A stretch of 63,770 bases of DNA, filler included, from Chiloscyllium plagiosum (taxonomy: Eukaryota), in assembly GCF_004010195.1 (NCBI RefSeq). It is 4 parts of one record of this genome, joined end to end, with 100 filler letters (N's around TTAATTAATTAA, not from the genome) between each part and the next. Parts side by side here need not be neighbours in the genome. Positions count along the whole stretch, not along the records: positions 46,979 to 61,389 come from NC_057716.1; positions 61,490 to 63,770 come from NC_057716.1; 2 more parts are not named here. One strand, given 5' to 3'. Position 1 is the stretch's first letter. Every line of letters starts with the position of its first letter. The translations under genes were made by a program, and so were the position numbers. Below the pieces are notes generated by a model, which did no database searches, was not told where the DNA came from, and saw only the letters and a list, made by a program, of their open reading frames with translations. Positions 50,900 to 61,870 of this stretch are shown here, piece after piece.

Positions 50900-51715
50900 A
50901 TCTCAAACAACAGTGAGACAGAGTAGAGGAAGGAGATGGACAGCTTAGTGGCATGGTGTAAAGACAGCAATCTCTACCTCAATGTCAGCAAAATGAAGGA
51001 GCTTTTCATTGACTTCAGAAGGAGAGTAGTGGACACACCCATGTCTGCATCAATGGTGCTAAGGTGGTCAAGAGTTTCTTGTTTCTAGGAGTAAATATCA
51101 CCAACAATCTATCCTGGTCCATTCACATCAATGCTTAGGCCAAGAAAGCATACCAATGCCTCTATTTCCTCAGGATGCTAAGGAATTTCGCCATGTCCAC
51201 AATGACTCTTACCAATTTTTATAGATGCACCACAGAAAGCATCCTATCCAGATGCATCACAGCTTGGTACGGGAACTGCTCTGCCAAAGCTGGCCAGAAA
51301 GCTGACAGTTGTGAACAGAGTCCAGTGCATCACAAAAACCAGCCTTCCATCCATTGATTCAGTCTGCACTTCCCACTCCCCTGGGAAAGCAGCAACATAA
51401 TCAAAGACCCCTCTCACCCCAGTTATACTCTCTTCCACCCTCTTCCATTGGGCAGGAGATGCAAACATTTGAAAACACCTACCAATAGATTTAAGAACAG
51501 CTTCTTCCCTGCTGTTATCAGATTTTTTAACAGACCTCTCATGTATTAGAGTTGAACTTTCTCTCCACCTTCTCTGTAGCTACAACACTGAATACTGCAT
51601 TCTGTTCTATTGTCCTGACGTACTTATGTAAGGTATAATTTGGCTGGTTAGCACACAAAACAATACATTTCAGTGTATGTGTGACAGTGATAGGGGAAAC
51701 CAAATCAGATCAGAT
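50900..51715 (+). mobile_element. Rex1/Babar LINE 3' fragment
   Basis: WCKDSNL.LNVSK.KEL.IDFRR, FLGVNITNNLSW, LTNFYRCTTESILS.CITAWYGNCS. Confidence 0.9.
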
Positions 51716-52429
51716 CAGTTTGTGGAAGTGAGTTCAAAACCTCTATTGTCCTTTTTGTATTGAAGTGCTTTCTAACATATCCCCTGAATTTTGAACCCTA
51801 ACTCTCAGACTATTACCCGAGTTATAGAACCTTCAATTGAGTGGAAATAGTTTATCTTTATCTACCTTTTCTTTTCTAGTTAATATCTTAACATGTCAAT
51901 AATAATAATATCTTAATATGTTAACACCACTGACGCCCAGTAGCAGCAGTGTGTACTATCTACACAGTGCGCTGCAGAAATTCACCAAAGATCCTCAGAC
52001 AGCATCTTCCAAACCCATGACCACTTCCATCTAGATGGACCAGGGCAGCAGATGCATGAGAACACTACCACAGGCAATGTCCCGTCCAAACCACTCACCA
52101 TCCTGACTTGAAAATACATCATCATTCCTTCACAGTCACAGGGTCAAAATCCTGGAATTCCCTCCCTAACGGCATTGTGGGACAACCAACAGCAGGTGGA
52201 CTGCATCAGTTCAAGATGGCGGCTCACCACCACTTTCTCAAGGGCAACTAGGGATGGATGATAAATACTGGCCCAGCCAGTGACCCCTACAGCCCACAAA
52301 ACAATGTTAAAAAAAGTCTTGAAGACAGCGATCAGATTACTCCTTAACTTTCTAACTTCTATCAAAGAGCAGGATAAATTTGTATAACCTCTCCTCATAA
52401 CTTAATCTCTGAGATCCAGGTATCATTGT

Positions 52430-53235
52430 CGTAAACCCATGCTGTACTCCTGTTCCCCCCCACCTGCCTTCCACAAGGACTGTTCCCTTTGCCAGTCCTT
52501 GGTTCGCACCATTATCCCCACTGACCCCCCACCACCAAACCCCCAGGCAACTGGAAAAAATGCAAAACGTGCTGGCACACCACTTTCTCACCTCCATCTA
52601 GGGCCCCAAACAATCCTTCCACGTGAGACAGAGGTTCACTTGCCTCTCTTCCAACCTAGTTTACTGTATCAGGTGCTCCCGATATGATCTTCTCGACATA
52701 GGGGAGACCAAAAGTAAACTAAAACTAAAATAGCTCACCGAGCATCTCAGCCAGGCCCACAGGTGTTGACTAGACCTCCCAGTCACCGCCTATTTCAATT
52801 CCCCTTCCCACTCCCTTTCCAACATGACCATCTTGGTCCCCTCCATTGCCACAACGAACCAAACCGCAAATTTGAGGAACAGCAACTCACTTTCCACCTG
52901 GGCAGCCAACAGCCTGGAGGATTCAACATTGAGCTCTCCAATTTCAAATAACCTCCCTCCCCATCCCCTCACTCCCTTCCCAGCCCCTCTCCCTTCCTTT
53001 CATTCCTTCCACCCACCTATCACATTCATTCATCCTATTGACCAACCAGGTCGTACCCTTTACCTGTTTTCACCTATCCCCACTTCACCACCATGACCCA
53101 CCCCCTATTCCCTGTATCTGCAGCTCCCCTCACATCCACTCCCAGTCCTGAAGAAGGGCTACACCCGAAACTTCGCCTTCACCTCTAGATCTGCCTGGCT
53201 TGCTGTGTTCTTCCAGCGCCCTGCTTGTCTACTTT
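52430..53235 (+). mobile_element. PLE family D 3' fragment (GIY-YIG) with hammerhead-like motif ~53146-53176
   Basis: QRFTCLSSNLVYCIRCS...IGETK...EEQQLTFHLGSQQPGGFNIE; CUGAAGA a gggcuacaccc GAAA cu UC. Confidence 0.85.
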
Positions 53236-53249
53236 GTGCTCCCTTCCCG

Positions 53250-54291
53250 GCCAATAAGTCCATCAAAATGATGCATACAATCAAATCAATGATCATTCAG
53301 TCTTGAGCATGAAAACAAAGTTTTCACATTGCGTTGTTACACTTCCACGCAAGACAAATGGAGAAGGGGTTATCATGCCCAGCGTCACTTGCGCTCAGAA
53401 GGCAAGTGTGAGCGACCTTGACCAGTAGCCAGTTTTCTCTTAACTACTCTGAGACAGTGGCTCAGTGGTTAGCACTGCTGCCTCGCAGCACCAGGGATCC
53501 GGGTTCAATTCTAGCCTCGGATGTCTGTCTGTTTGGAGTTTGCACTTTCTCCCTGTGTCTGTGTAGGTTTCCTCCCACAGTCCAAAGGTCTGCAGGTTAG
53601 GTGAATTGGCCATGCTAAATTGTCCAGAGTGTCCAAGGATGTGTAAATTAAGTTCATCAGTCAGGAGCAAATGTAGGGGGAATGGGTGGGGCTGGGTTAC
53701 TCTTTGGAGGGTCTGTGTGGGCTTGTTGTGCCAAATGGTCTGTTTCCACACTGTAGGGATTCTACGATCAATGACATCCTCCTTTCTAGGAGAATAAAAG
53801 AAAAGTGCACCATCAACCAGCCAATAGGAAATGATCAAAAATACAGAAATGCAAATACAAACAGGTGGATGGAAATAAATATTTCTCAAATATATGACCG
53901 GCCCACATCATCAAGCAGTCACTGCTGATCATGGCCCTGCATTGGAAAGGAACAGAAGCCAGCTGAGACCCATGTACAACACACTAACTGTGCACAAAGA
54001 GAATGAGGATGAACCTGCCCATGACAATGACTGTGTGGTGATGTGGAGTGACAGCAGGCAAAACAACATAGTTGTCAAGCGAGTGCAGCCAAACATGATG
54101 TATTTCCCTCCAGATGGGTATAGATCACCAGATTAGGATCAGCTTTCAAACCTCCAAAGCATTGCCTTGTAATTTGAAACGTTGGTCTTATAAACTCAGT
54201 TTTACTTATTTGCTTAATTATTCAATTGACAACTCATGCCTCTGCTCATGTATGCCTTTTGCCAATTTTTTTATCTTTGGAAAAGAGGGGA
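53250..54291 (+). mobile_element. Gypsy integrase C-terminal remnant and PPT, interrupted by HE1 SINE (53450-53765)
   Basis: MMHTIKSM...FHIALLHF....GLSCPASL..RRQV; G..LERNRSQLRP; TRLGSAFKPPK (54127-); purine tract ggaaaagagggga at 54279-54291. Confidence 0.7.
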
Positions 54292-55205
54292 TACTCTGCC
54301 AAGTCTCATGGTCAGGATGTCTTTAAGGGCTTCCATTGGTTGGAGAGACTAGGACCCAAGGGCATAGTCTTAGAATAAAGGGAAGACTATTTAGAACAGA
54401 GATAAAGAGAAACATCTTCAGCCAGAGAGTGGGCAATCTATGGAATTCATTGCCACAGAAGGCTGTGGATGCCAGGTCATTGAGTATATTTAAGACTGAG
54501 ATAGGTTCTTTAGTATAAAGGGGATCAAAGGTTATGAGGAGAAAGCGGGACAATGGGGTTGAGAAACATACCAGCCATGATTGAATAGCAGAGCAGACTC
54601 GATGGGCTGAATGGCCTAATTTCTGCTCCTATGTTTTATGGCCTTATGGTCATGCTCGTGACATGTCACATTTTATTCACGACCATGAAGTTCTCATACT
54701 CCACTTTATCATGTGTTACTTTAGGGTCATATCATCCACACCAACGAGTCTGCACCAGCCCTCTAAACAGCCAGACTCCTGTGCTATCCCCACATCCACC
54801 ATGAATGACCCACTGGCATAGCCATGGATACTATGGGTAATTTCTTATGGCCAATCCAATTAACCTACACAATTTTGGTCTTTGGGAGGAAACTGGAGCA
54901 CTCAGAAGAAATGCACGCAGATACGGGGACAACGTGCAAACTCCACACACAGACAGTGGCCCAAAGTTGGAATCAAACCTGGGTCTTTGGTGCAGCGTGG
55001 CAGCAGTGCTAACCACTGATCCACCATGCTGCCAGTTTCCTCTTGAAACATGACACACTACTGGAAGCTGTGTAACTTAATAGGTTAATGTTAGCTCTGA
55101 CACTTACGTGCCTGAGGAATGTAATGCTGGTATAAATAGCTAGCTATAATAAATGACTGTTAGATTTTTCAATATCATGATATCCACTCTATGAGTGATA
55201 AAACA
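54292..55205 (+). mobile_element. Putative Gypsy 3' LTR, interrupted by a CR1 3' end (54325-54650) and HE1 (54740-55030, -)
   Basis: Follows the PPT; tataaata at 55131, aataaa at 55148, ends ...aaaca at 55205. Confidence 0.4.
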
Positions 55206-55274
55206 AGCTTTGCTGGACCAGGAAAGATACCTTGTTGGAGGGAGACTCACATAAGACTGAGGGAGAAGAATTAG

Positions 55275-56072
55275 AATTCCTACAGTGTGGAAATAGGCCC
55301 TTCAACCCAACAAGTCCACACTGCCCATCTGAAGAGTATCCCACCCAGACCCATTACCCTTGACTAATACACATAACCTGCAAATCCCTGAACACTACAG
55401 ACAATTTAGCATAGCCAATCCACCTAACCTGCACCTCCTTGGATTGTGGGAGGAAACCCACGCAGACACAGGGGAGAATGTGCAAACTCCACACAAACAG
55501 TAACCCTTATATAGAACATATATAGAACATTACAGCGCAGTACAGGCTCTTCGGCCCTCGATGTTGCACCGACCTGTCATACCAATCTGAAGCCTATCTA
55601 ATCTACACTATTCCATGTACATCCATATGCTTGTCCAATGACGACTTAAATGTACTTAAAGTTGGTGAATCTACTACCATTGCAGGCAAAGCATTCCATA
55701 CCCTTACTACTCTCTGAGTAAAGAAATGACCTCTGACATCTGTCCTATATCTATCACCCCTCAATTTACAGCTGCGCCCCCTCGTGCTTGCCGTCCCCAT
55801 ACTTGGAAAAAGGCTCTCCCTGTCCACCCTATCTAACCCTCTGATTATCTTATATGTCTCTAATAATCATCATGGTCACCATTAGCGACTAATTTTAAAA
55901 TTCTGCCATGGTCAGATTTGAACCAACGTCCCCTGAGCAATAGCCTCGGCCTTTAGATTATTGGCCTATTGACATTACCATAGTGCCACTATCTCCACCC
56001 TTGGCTGGAATCAAACCCAGGTCCCTAGCATTGTGAGGCAGCAGTGCTAACCACTGAGCCACCACATCACCC
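55275..56072 (-). mobile_element. HE1 SINE split by a HER1 3' end (55510-55860) and a SINE head fragment
   Basis: HE1 body at 55275-55502; head resumes at ~56000-56072. Confidence 0.78.
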
Positions 56073-57039
56073 TACATCAAGGGTGCCTTCCACTTTTTCT
56101 CAAGTGCTATGGAAACATTTGCATTCACCTCAGAGGACGTTGAGTGCATTGGTTTGCAATCTTACCTAAAAGATATCAATGCAGCATGACCAAGATGGTA
56201 GCAATGATCTTTGTGTTTACGTCAATCTTAAATGCAGAGGAAAACTTGCAACCAACTGAACCACAGCTGTCAATAGCAAAATTAAAAGATAACAAGGATA
56301 AAACTACAGGATAATGGGGTAAGAGAAGTTGCTAATGAGTAACTGCAGACTGGAGGAATGTAGTTGCCCAACTCATTGGTTTAGAGCTGTTTTTTCCTGT
56401 CTCCATCTCCTGGAAACTCCCAATTTTGTTTCACAGTCTTTCTTTTCATATTTCCTTTTAATGGATTTCCCTTTTACTTATTTTTCTTTAATTGGATTTT
56501 AGTATGATTCCGTGATTTGGCTTTCACAATGGAAAGCAGTGATTGCGCAGAGTGCGGTGCAAGAGACTAAGTGCATCGCTCTTTCCATGGAGCACTGACT
56601 TATGGGGAAACCCATTACAGTCTTCACCTCCATGTGAACCTGCAGCAAATTGTGTGTAATGGCTTCGGACCCTAGAGCAACCAGATGATGATGTTTCAGA
56701 GCTGCTCCCCACAGGGCATAAATAGGACAGTGTGGGAAGTGCTGATTAGATTTGAAGAGAGAAACACAGGTAGATAGATAATAGTCTTCATTAATGAAAC
56801 AATAGATTGGAGTTTGGTCTGTCTCCGTTGAGCATGTATAACTGTATGCAGTATTAACATAGAGTAAACCAAGTTCTAAAGAAGCCAAATCCTGAAGCTT
56901 GACTTCTCCTTGACTTGAATCCAAACTCTTCGGTGTGGGCAGAAAACCACACAGTCATTTATAAATGGCATTGCACTTTAATGGGTGTTTCCTTGCCTCT
57001 GTATCAAAAGCCGTAGTTCCAAAAATGTCACTAAATCTT

Positions 57040-57185
57040 GGTTGACACTTTCACAACCCATGGTCAGAAGGCAGTTTCTTTCCAATGAGGTTTTAATCTG
57101 TGGCTATTCAGGTTGGATGTAAAAGATCCCACGGTATTCTGCAAAGAAAAACATAAGAGTTCTCCTTGTACCAGAGTTACTGAAA
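57040..57185 (+). mobile_element. Deu-domain SINE relic (SacSINE1/AmnSINE1-like)
   Basis: tcaggttggatgtaaaagatcccacggtattctgcaaagaa...gagttctcc resembles the DeuSINE core; weaker copy at ~56080-56270 (-). Confidence 0.55.
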
Positions 57186-57689
57186 TATTTGCTTTCCCTC
57201 TCCTGAATAAACCGATTAAGGTTCTCTGAAATATCTAAATTCACATGTGATGGCTTGACTTTTAATTAAGTTCACTGAAGTGACTATACTGACTATTGCT
57301 CTTATTTCAGTTCTGGCTCAATAGTTGAAAGTACTTCAAATTGATTTAAACTTCCCTGCTTAACCAACAAAGCCTAAAGGTAACTGTTACTACATTATAA
57401 AGACAGATCAATAACAGAATAAAAGCAGGCTCAGAGCAGTCAAATTAACCATTTCATTACACGAGCCACATTTATCACACAACTGAAACAGCAAGTCCTC
57501 AGTTTAGCTGCTGGATCTTAAATTGATTCAATTAAATATCACCTTTATCATAGGAATACCAATCGCAATGATCTTATTACACACCAGGTGGGATGGAGGG
57601 TCACATCAGATTAACACCGTTTTTGAGCAGCTTCTCCCAGCTTCCTGTTGGGAATTCTAGATTCTACTCCATCAAAAGTCCACCCAGTA

Positions 57690-58137
57690 ACTGGCCCTCC
57701 ATCTTCTGACTCTCCGTCTCCTGCCTCTCCACCACCTGGCCCTCCACCTCCTGGCCCTCCACCTCCTGGCCCTCCACCTCCTGCCTCCCCACCTCCCAAC
57801 TCTCCACCTCCCGACCCTCCACCTCCTGTCTTTCCACCTCCTGTCTCTCCACTTCCCGACTCTCCACCTCCTGCCTCTCCACCTCCTGACTCTCCACCTC
57901 CTGACTCTCCACCTCCCGACTCTCCACCTCCTGCCTCTCTACCTCCTGACTCTCCACCTCCCAACCCTCCACCTCCCGACTCTCCACCTCCCAACCCTCC
58001 ACCTTCTGACTCTCCACTTCCCGACTCTCCACCTCCTGACTCTCCACCTCCTGACCCTCCACCTCTTGACTCTCCACCTCTTGACTCTCCACCTTCTGAC
58101 TCTCCACCTCCCAAATCTCCACTCTTGACTCACCACC
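57690..58137. repeat. 15-bp pyrimidine-rich minisatellite, left part
   Basis: Unit CTCCACCTCC(T/C)GACT. Confidence 0.95.
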
Positions 58138-61043
58138 TTAAAACTAATTCAGCAGGGAGATGGGAACCAAAATTGCAGTTCCAGTATAGAAGAGGTTGAG
58201 AGTAGAAACATGGAAAGAAGGGGTTACTCTGTTTGAAATTTTCTATCGGCCTCCAAATAGTTCAGAGATGTAGAAGAAAGGATAGCAAAGATGATCTTCT
58301 ATAGGAGTCAGAGTGACAGAGTAGTTGCTATGGGGGACTTTAACTTTCCAAATATTGACTGGGAATACTATAGTTCAAGTACTTTAGATGAGTCAGTTTT
58401 TGTCCACAGTGTGCAGGAGGGCTTCCTGACACAGTATGTAGACAGGTCAACAAGGGGCAAGGCCACATTTGATTTAGTACTGGGTAATGAATCCAGTCAG
58501 GTGTTAGACTTGGAGAGATGTGATCGCTTTGGTAATAGTGACCACAATTCGGTTATGTTTACTTTAACGATCGAAAGGGATAGGTACATAAAGCAGGGTA
58601 AAATTTATAGCTGGGGGAAAGGCAATTACGATGCGAGTAGGCAAGATTTAGGATGCACAGGATGGGGAAGGAAATGGCAGGAGATGGGCACAATTGAAAT
58701 GTGGAGCTTATTCAAGGAACAGCTACTACGGGTCCTTGATAAGTATATACCTGTCAGAGAGGAATGAAGTGGTCGAGTGCGGAAGCTGTGGTCTACTAAG
58801 GAAGTTCAATCTCTTGTCAAAAGGAAGAAGAAGACTTATGTTAGGATGAGATGTGAAGGCTCAGTTAGGGGACTTGAGAGTTACAGGTTAGCCAGGAAAG
58901 ACCTAAAGAGAGAGCTAAGAAGAGGGGACATGAGAAGTCATTGGCCGATAGAATCAAGGAAAATCCTAAAGTTTTCTACAGGTATATCAGGAATAAAAGA
59001 AAGACAAAAGTAGGACTAGGGCCAATCAAGCATAGTAGTAGGAAGTTGTGTGAAGAGTCAGAGGAGATAGGGAAATTGCTACATGAATACTTTTTATCAG
59101 TATTCACACGAGAAAAAGACAATGTGGTCGAGGAGAATACTGAGATACAGGCTACTAGACTAGATGGGATTGAGGTGCATAAGGAGGAGGTGTTAGCAAT
59201 TCTGGAAAGTGTAAAAATAGATAAGTTTCCTGGGCCAAATGGGACTTATCCTCAGATTCTCTGGGAAGCCAGCGAGGAGGTTGCTAAGCTTTTGGCCTTG
59301 ATCTTTATGTCATCATTGTCTACAGGAATAGTGCCAGAGGACTGGAGGATAGCAAATGTTGTTGCCTTGTTCAAGAAGGGAAGTGGAGACAATGCTGGAA
59401 ATTACAGACCTGCAAGCCTTACTTCGGTTGTGGGTAAAGTATTGGAAAGGGTTATAACAGATAGGATTTATAATCAACTAGAAAGGATTAAATTGGTTAG
59501 GGATAGTCAACACGGTTTTGTGAAGGTTAGGTCATGTCTCACAAACCTTATTGAGTTCCTCCAGAAGGTGACCAAACAGGTGGATGAGAGTAAAGTGGTT
59601 GATGTGGTGTATATGCATTTCAGTAAGGCATCTGATAAGGTTCCCCACGATAGGCTATTGCACAAAATACGGAGGCATGGGATTGAGGATGATTTAGCAG
59701 CTTGGATCAGAAATTGGCAAGCTGAAAGAAGACAGAGGGTGGTGGTAGTTGGGAAATGTTCATCCTGGAGTTCAGTTACTTGTGGGGTACCGCAAGGATC
59801 TGTTTTGGGTCTACTGTTGATTGTCATTTTTATAAATGACCTTGATGAGGGCTAAAAGGATGGGTTAGTAAATTTACGGATGACATTAATGTCGGTAGAG
59901 TTGTGGATAGTGACGAAGGATGTTGGAGGCGACAGAGGGACATAGCTAAGCGGAAGAGCTGGACTGAGAGGTGGCAAATGGAAGTGTGAGGTGATTCACT
60001 TTGGAAAGAGTAACAGGAATGCAGAGTATTGGGCTAATGGTAAGATGAGCAGAGAGATCTTGGTGTCCAGGTACATAGATCCTTTAAAGTTGCCACACAG
60101 GTTGATAGGGTTGTTAAAAAGGCATACAATGTGTTAGCCTTTATTGGTAGGAGGATTGAGTTTCAGAACCATGAGATCATGCTGCAGCTGTACAAAGCTC
60201 TGGTGTGGCCACATTTGGAGTATTGCGTACAGTTCTGGTCACCACATTATAGGAAGGTCATGGAAGTTTTAGAAAGGGTTCAGAGGAGATTTACTAGGAT
60301 GTTGCCCTATATGGAGGGAAGGTCTTATGAGGAAAGGCTGAGGGACTTGAGACTGTTTTCGTTAGAGAGAATAAGGATTGAGAGGTGACTTAATTGAGAC
60401 ATATAAGATAATCAGAGGTTTAGACAGGTTGGACAGTGAGAGCCTTTTACCTCGAATGATGATGGCTAGCACGAGGTGACATAGCTTTAAATTGAGGAGT
60501 TGTAGATAGAGGACAGATGTCAGAGGTAGTTTCTTTACTCAGAGAGTAGTAGGGGTGTGGAACACACTGCCTGCAACAGTCATAGACTCGCCAGTTTTAG
60601 GAGTATTTAAATGGTCATTGGATAGGCATATGGACAAGAATAACTGAATCCTCTTGCAAGGAAGCCTGCCTTGAAGAAGTTTTCCTCCTCTTTCTACAAG
60701 AATCTCAGGGAGTCCCTCTCCCACTGCAACTCTATGCTACTTTCTCCCCACCCCGCTCCTCCTCTCACTTATCTCTCCACCCTTCAGGCTCTCTGCCTGT
60801 ATTCCTGATGAAGGGCTTTTGCCCAAAACATCGATTTTATTGCTCCTCGGATGCTGCCTGAACTGCTGTGCTCTTCCAGCACCACTAATCTAGAATCTGG
60901 TTTCCAGCATCTGCAATCATTGTTTTTACCCATATGGACAAGAATGGAATAGTGTAGGTTAGGTGGGCTTCACATTAGTTCCACAGGTCTACAAAATATT
61001 GAGGGCCGAAGGGCCCATACTATACTGTAACATTCTATGTTCT
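58138..61043 (+). mobile_element. HER1/CR1 LINE, 5'-truncated (~2.9 kb), decayed
   Basis: ORF1 end (LKLIQQGDGNQ), endonuclease (FYRPPNS, MGDFNFPNIDW, SDHN), RT (NYRPASLTSVVGK, SQHGF, GVPQGSVLG, FINDLD), tail ttctatgttct; several stops and frameshifts. Confidence 0.95.
60642..60930 (+). mobile_element. PLE family A 3' fragment nested in HER1, with 15-bp target-site duplication
   Basis: catatggacaagaat at 60627-60641 and 60931-60945; hammerhead motif at ~60803-60834 has GAAA changed to AAAA. Confidence 0.85.
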
Positions 61044-61389
61044 CCCAACCCTCCACCTTCTGACTCTCCACCTCCCAACCCTCCACCTCCTGACTCGCCA
61101 CCTCCCAAACCTCCATCTCCTGAATCTCCACCTCCCAACCTTCCACCTCCTGACTCTCTACCTCTCAACCCTCCATTTCCAATCCTCCACTTCTTGACTT
61201 TCCACCTCCCAAACCCTCCTACTCACTGACTCTCCACCTCCCAATCCTCTTACTAACTGACTCTCCTCCACCCAACGTTCCTACCCAATGACCTTTTACC
61301 TCCTGACCCTCCACCTGCTGACTCTTCAGCTCACTGACTCCCTATCTCTTAGCATTCCACCTCTTGACACTCCTACTTACTGACACTCC
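61044..61389. repeat. 15-bp minisatellite, right part (degenerating)
   Basis: Same CTCCACCTCCTGACT unit resumes directly after the LINE tail. Confidence 0.92.
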
Positions 61390-61489
61390 NNNNNNNNNNN
61401 NNNNNNNNNNNNNNNNNNNNNNNNNNNNNNNNNTTAATTAATTAANNNNNNNNNNNNNNNNNNNNNNNNNNNNNNNNNNNNNNNNNNNN
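61390..61489. other. Artificial gap/linker
   Basis: 44 N + TTAATTAATTAA + 44 N. Confidence 0.98.
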
Positions 61490-61870
61490 CTTTCCATCTA
61501 CAACCACTCTCTGCCTTCTGTCAGCCAGCCAATTCTGAATCCAGATAGCCAAATCTCCCTGTATCCCATACTTCCTGACTTTATGAATGAGCCTACCATG
61601 GGGAACCTTATCAAACGAATTGCTAAAACCCATGCACACCACATCTACTGCTCTACCTTCATCAATGTGTTTTGTCACATCGTCAAAGAATTCAATCAGG
61701 TTTGTGAGGCATGACCTGCCCCTCACAAAGCCATGCTGACTATCTCTAATCAAGCTATGGTTTCCCAAGTAATCTTAAATCCTGTCTCTCAGAATCCTCT
61801 GCAAGAATTTGACCACTGACATAAGACTGACTGGCCTGTAATTCCCAGGGTTATCCCTATTCCCTTTCTA
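61490..61870 (-). mobile_element. HER1/CR1 RT fragment
   Basis: SQHGFVRGRSCLTNLIEFF...FDKVPHGRL...RRQRVVVDG. Confidence 0.92.

Noticed and set aside
57611..58199. Pro-rich, Gly-rich and Glu-rich ORFs (extensin/collagen-like)
   Set aside because: Translations of a 15-bp minisatellite that is split by a LINE.
58291..60388. Intact reverse transcriptase gene / active LINE
   Set aside because: Multiple stops and frameshifts, 5' truncation, and a nested insertion in the tail.
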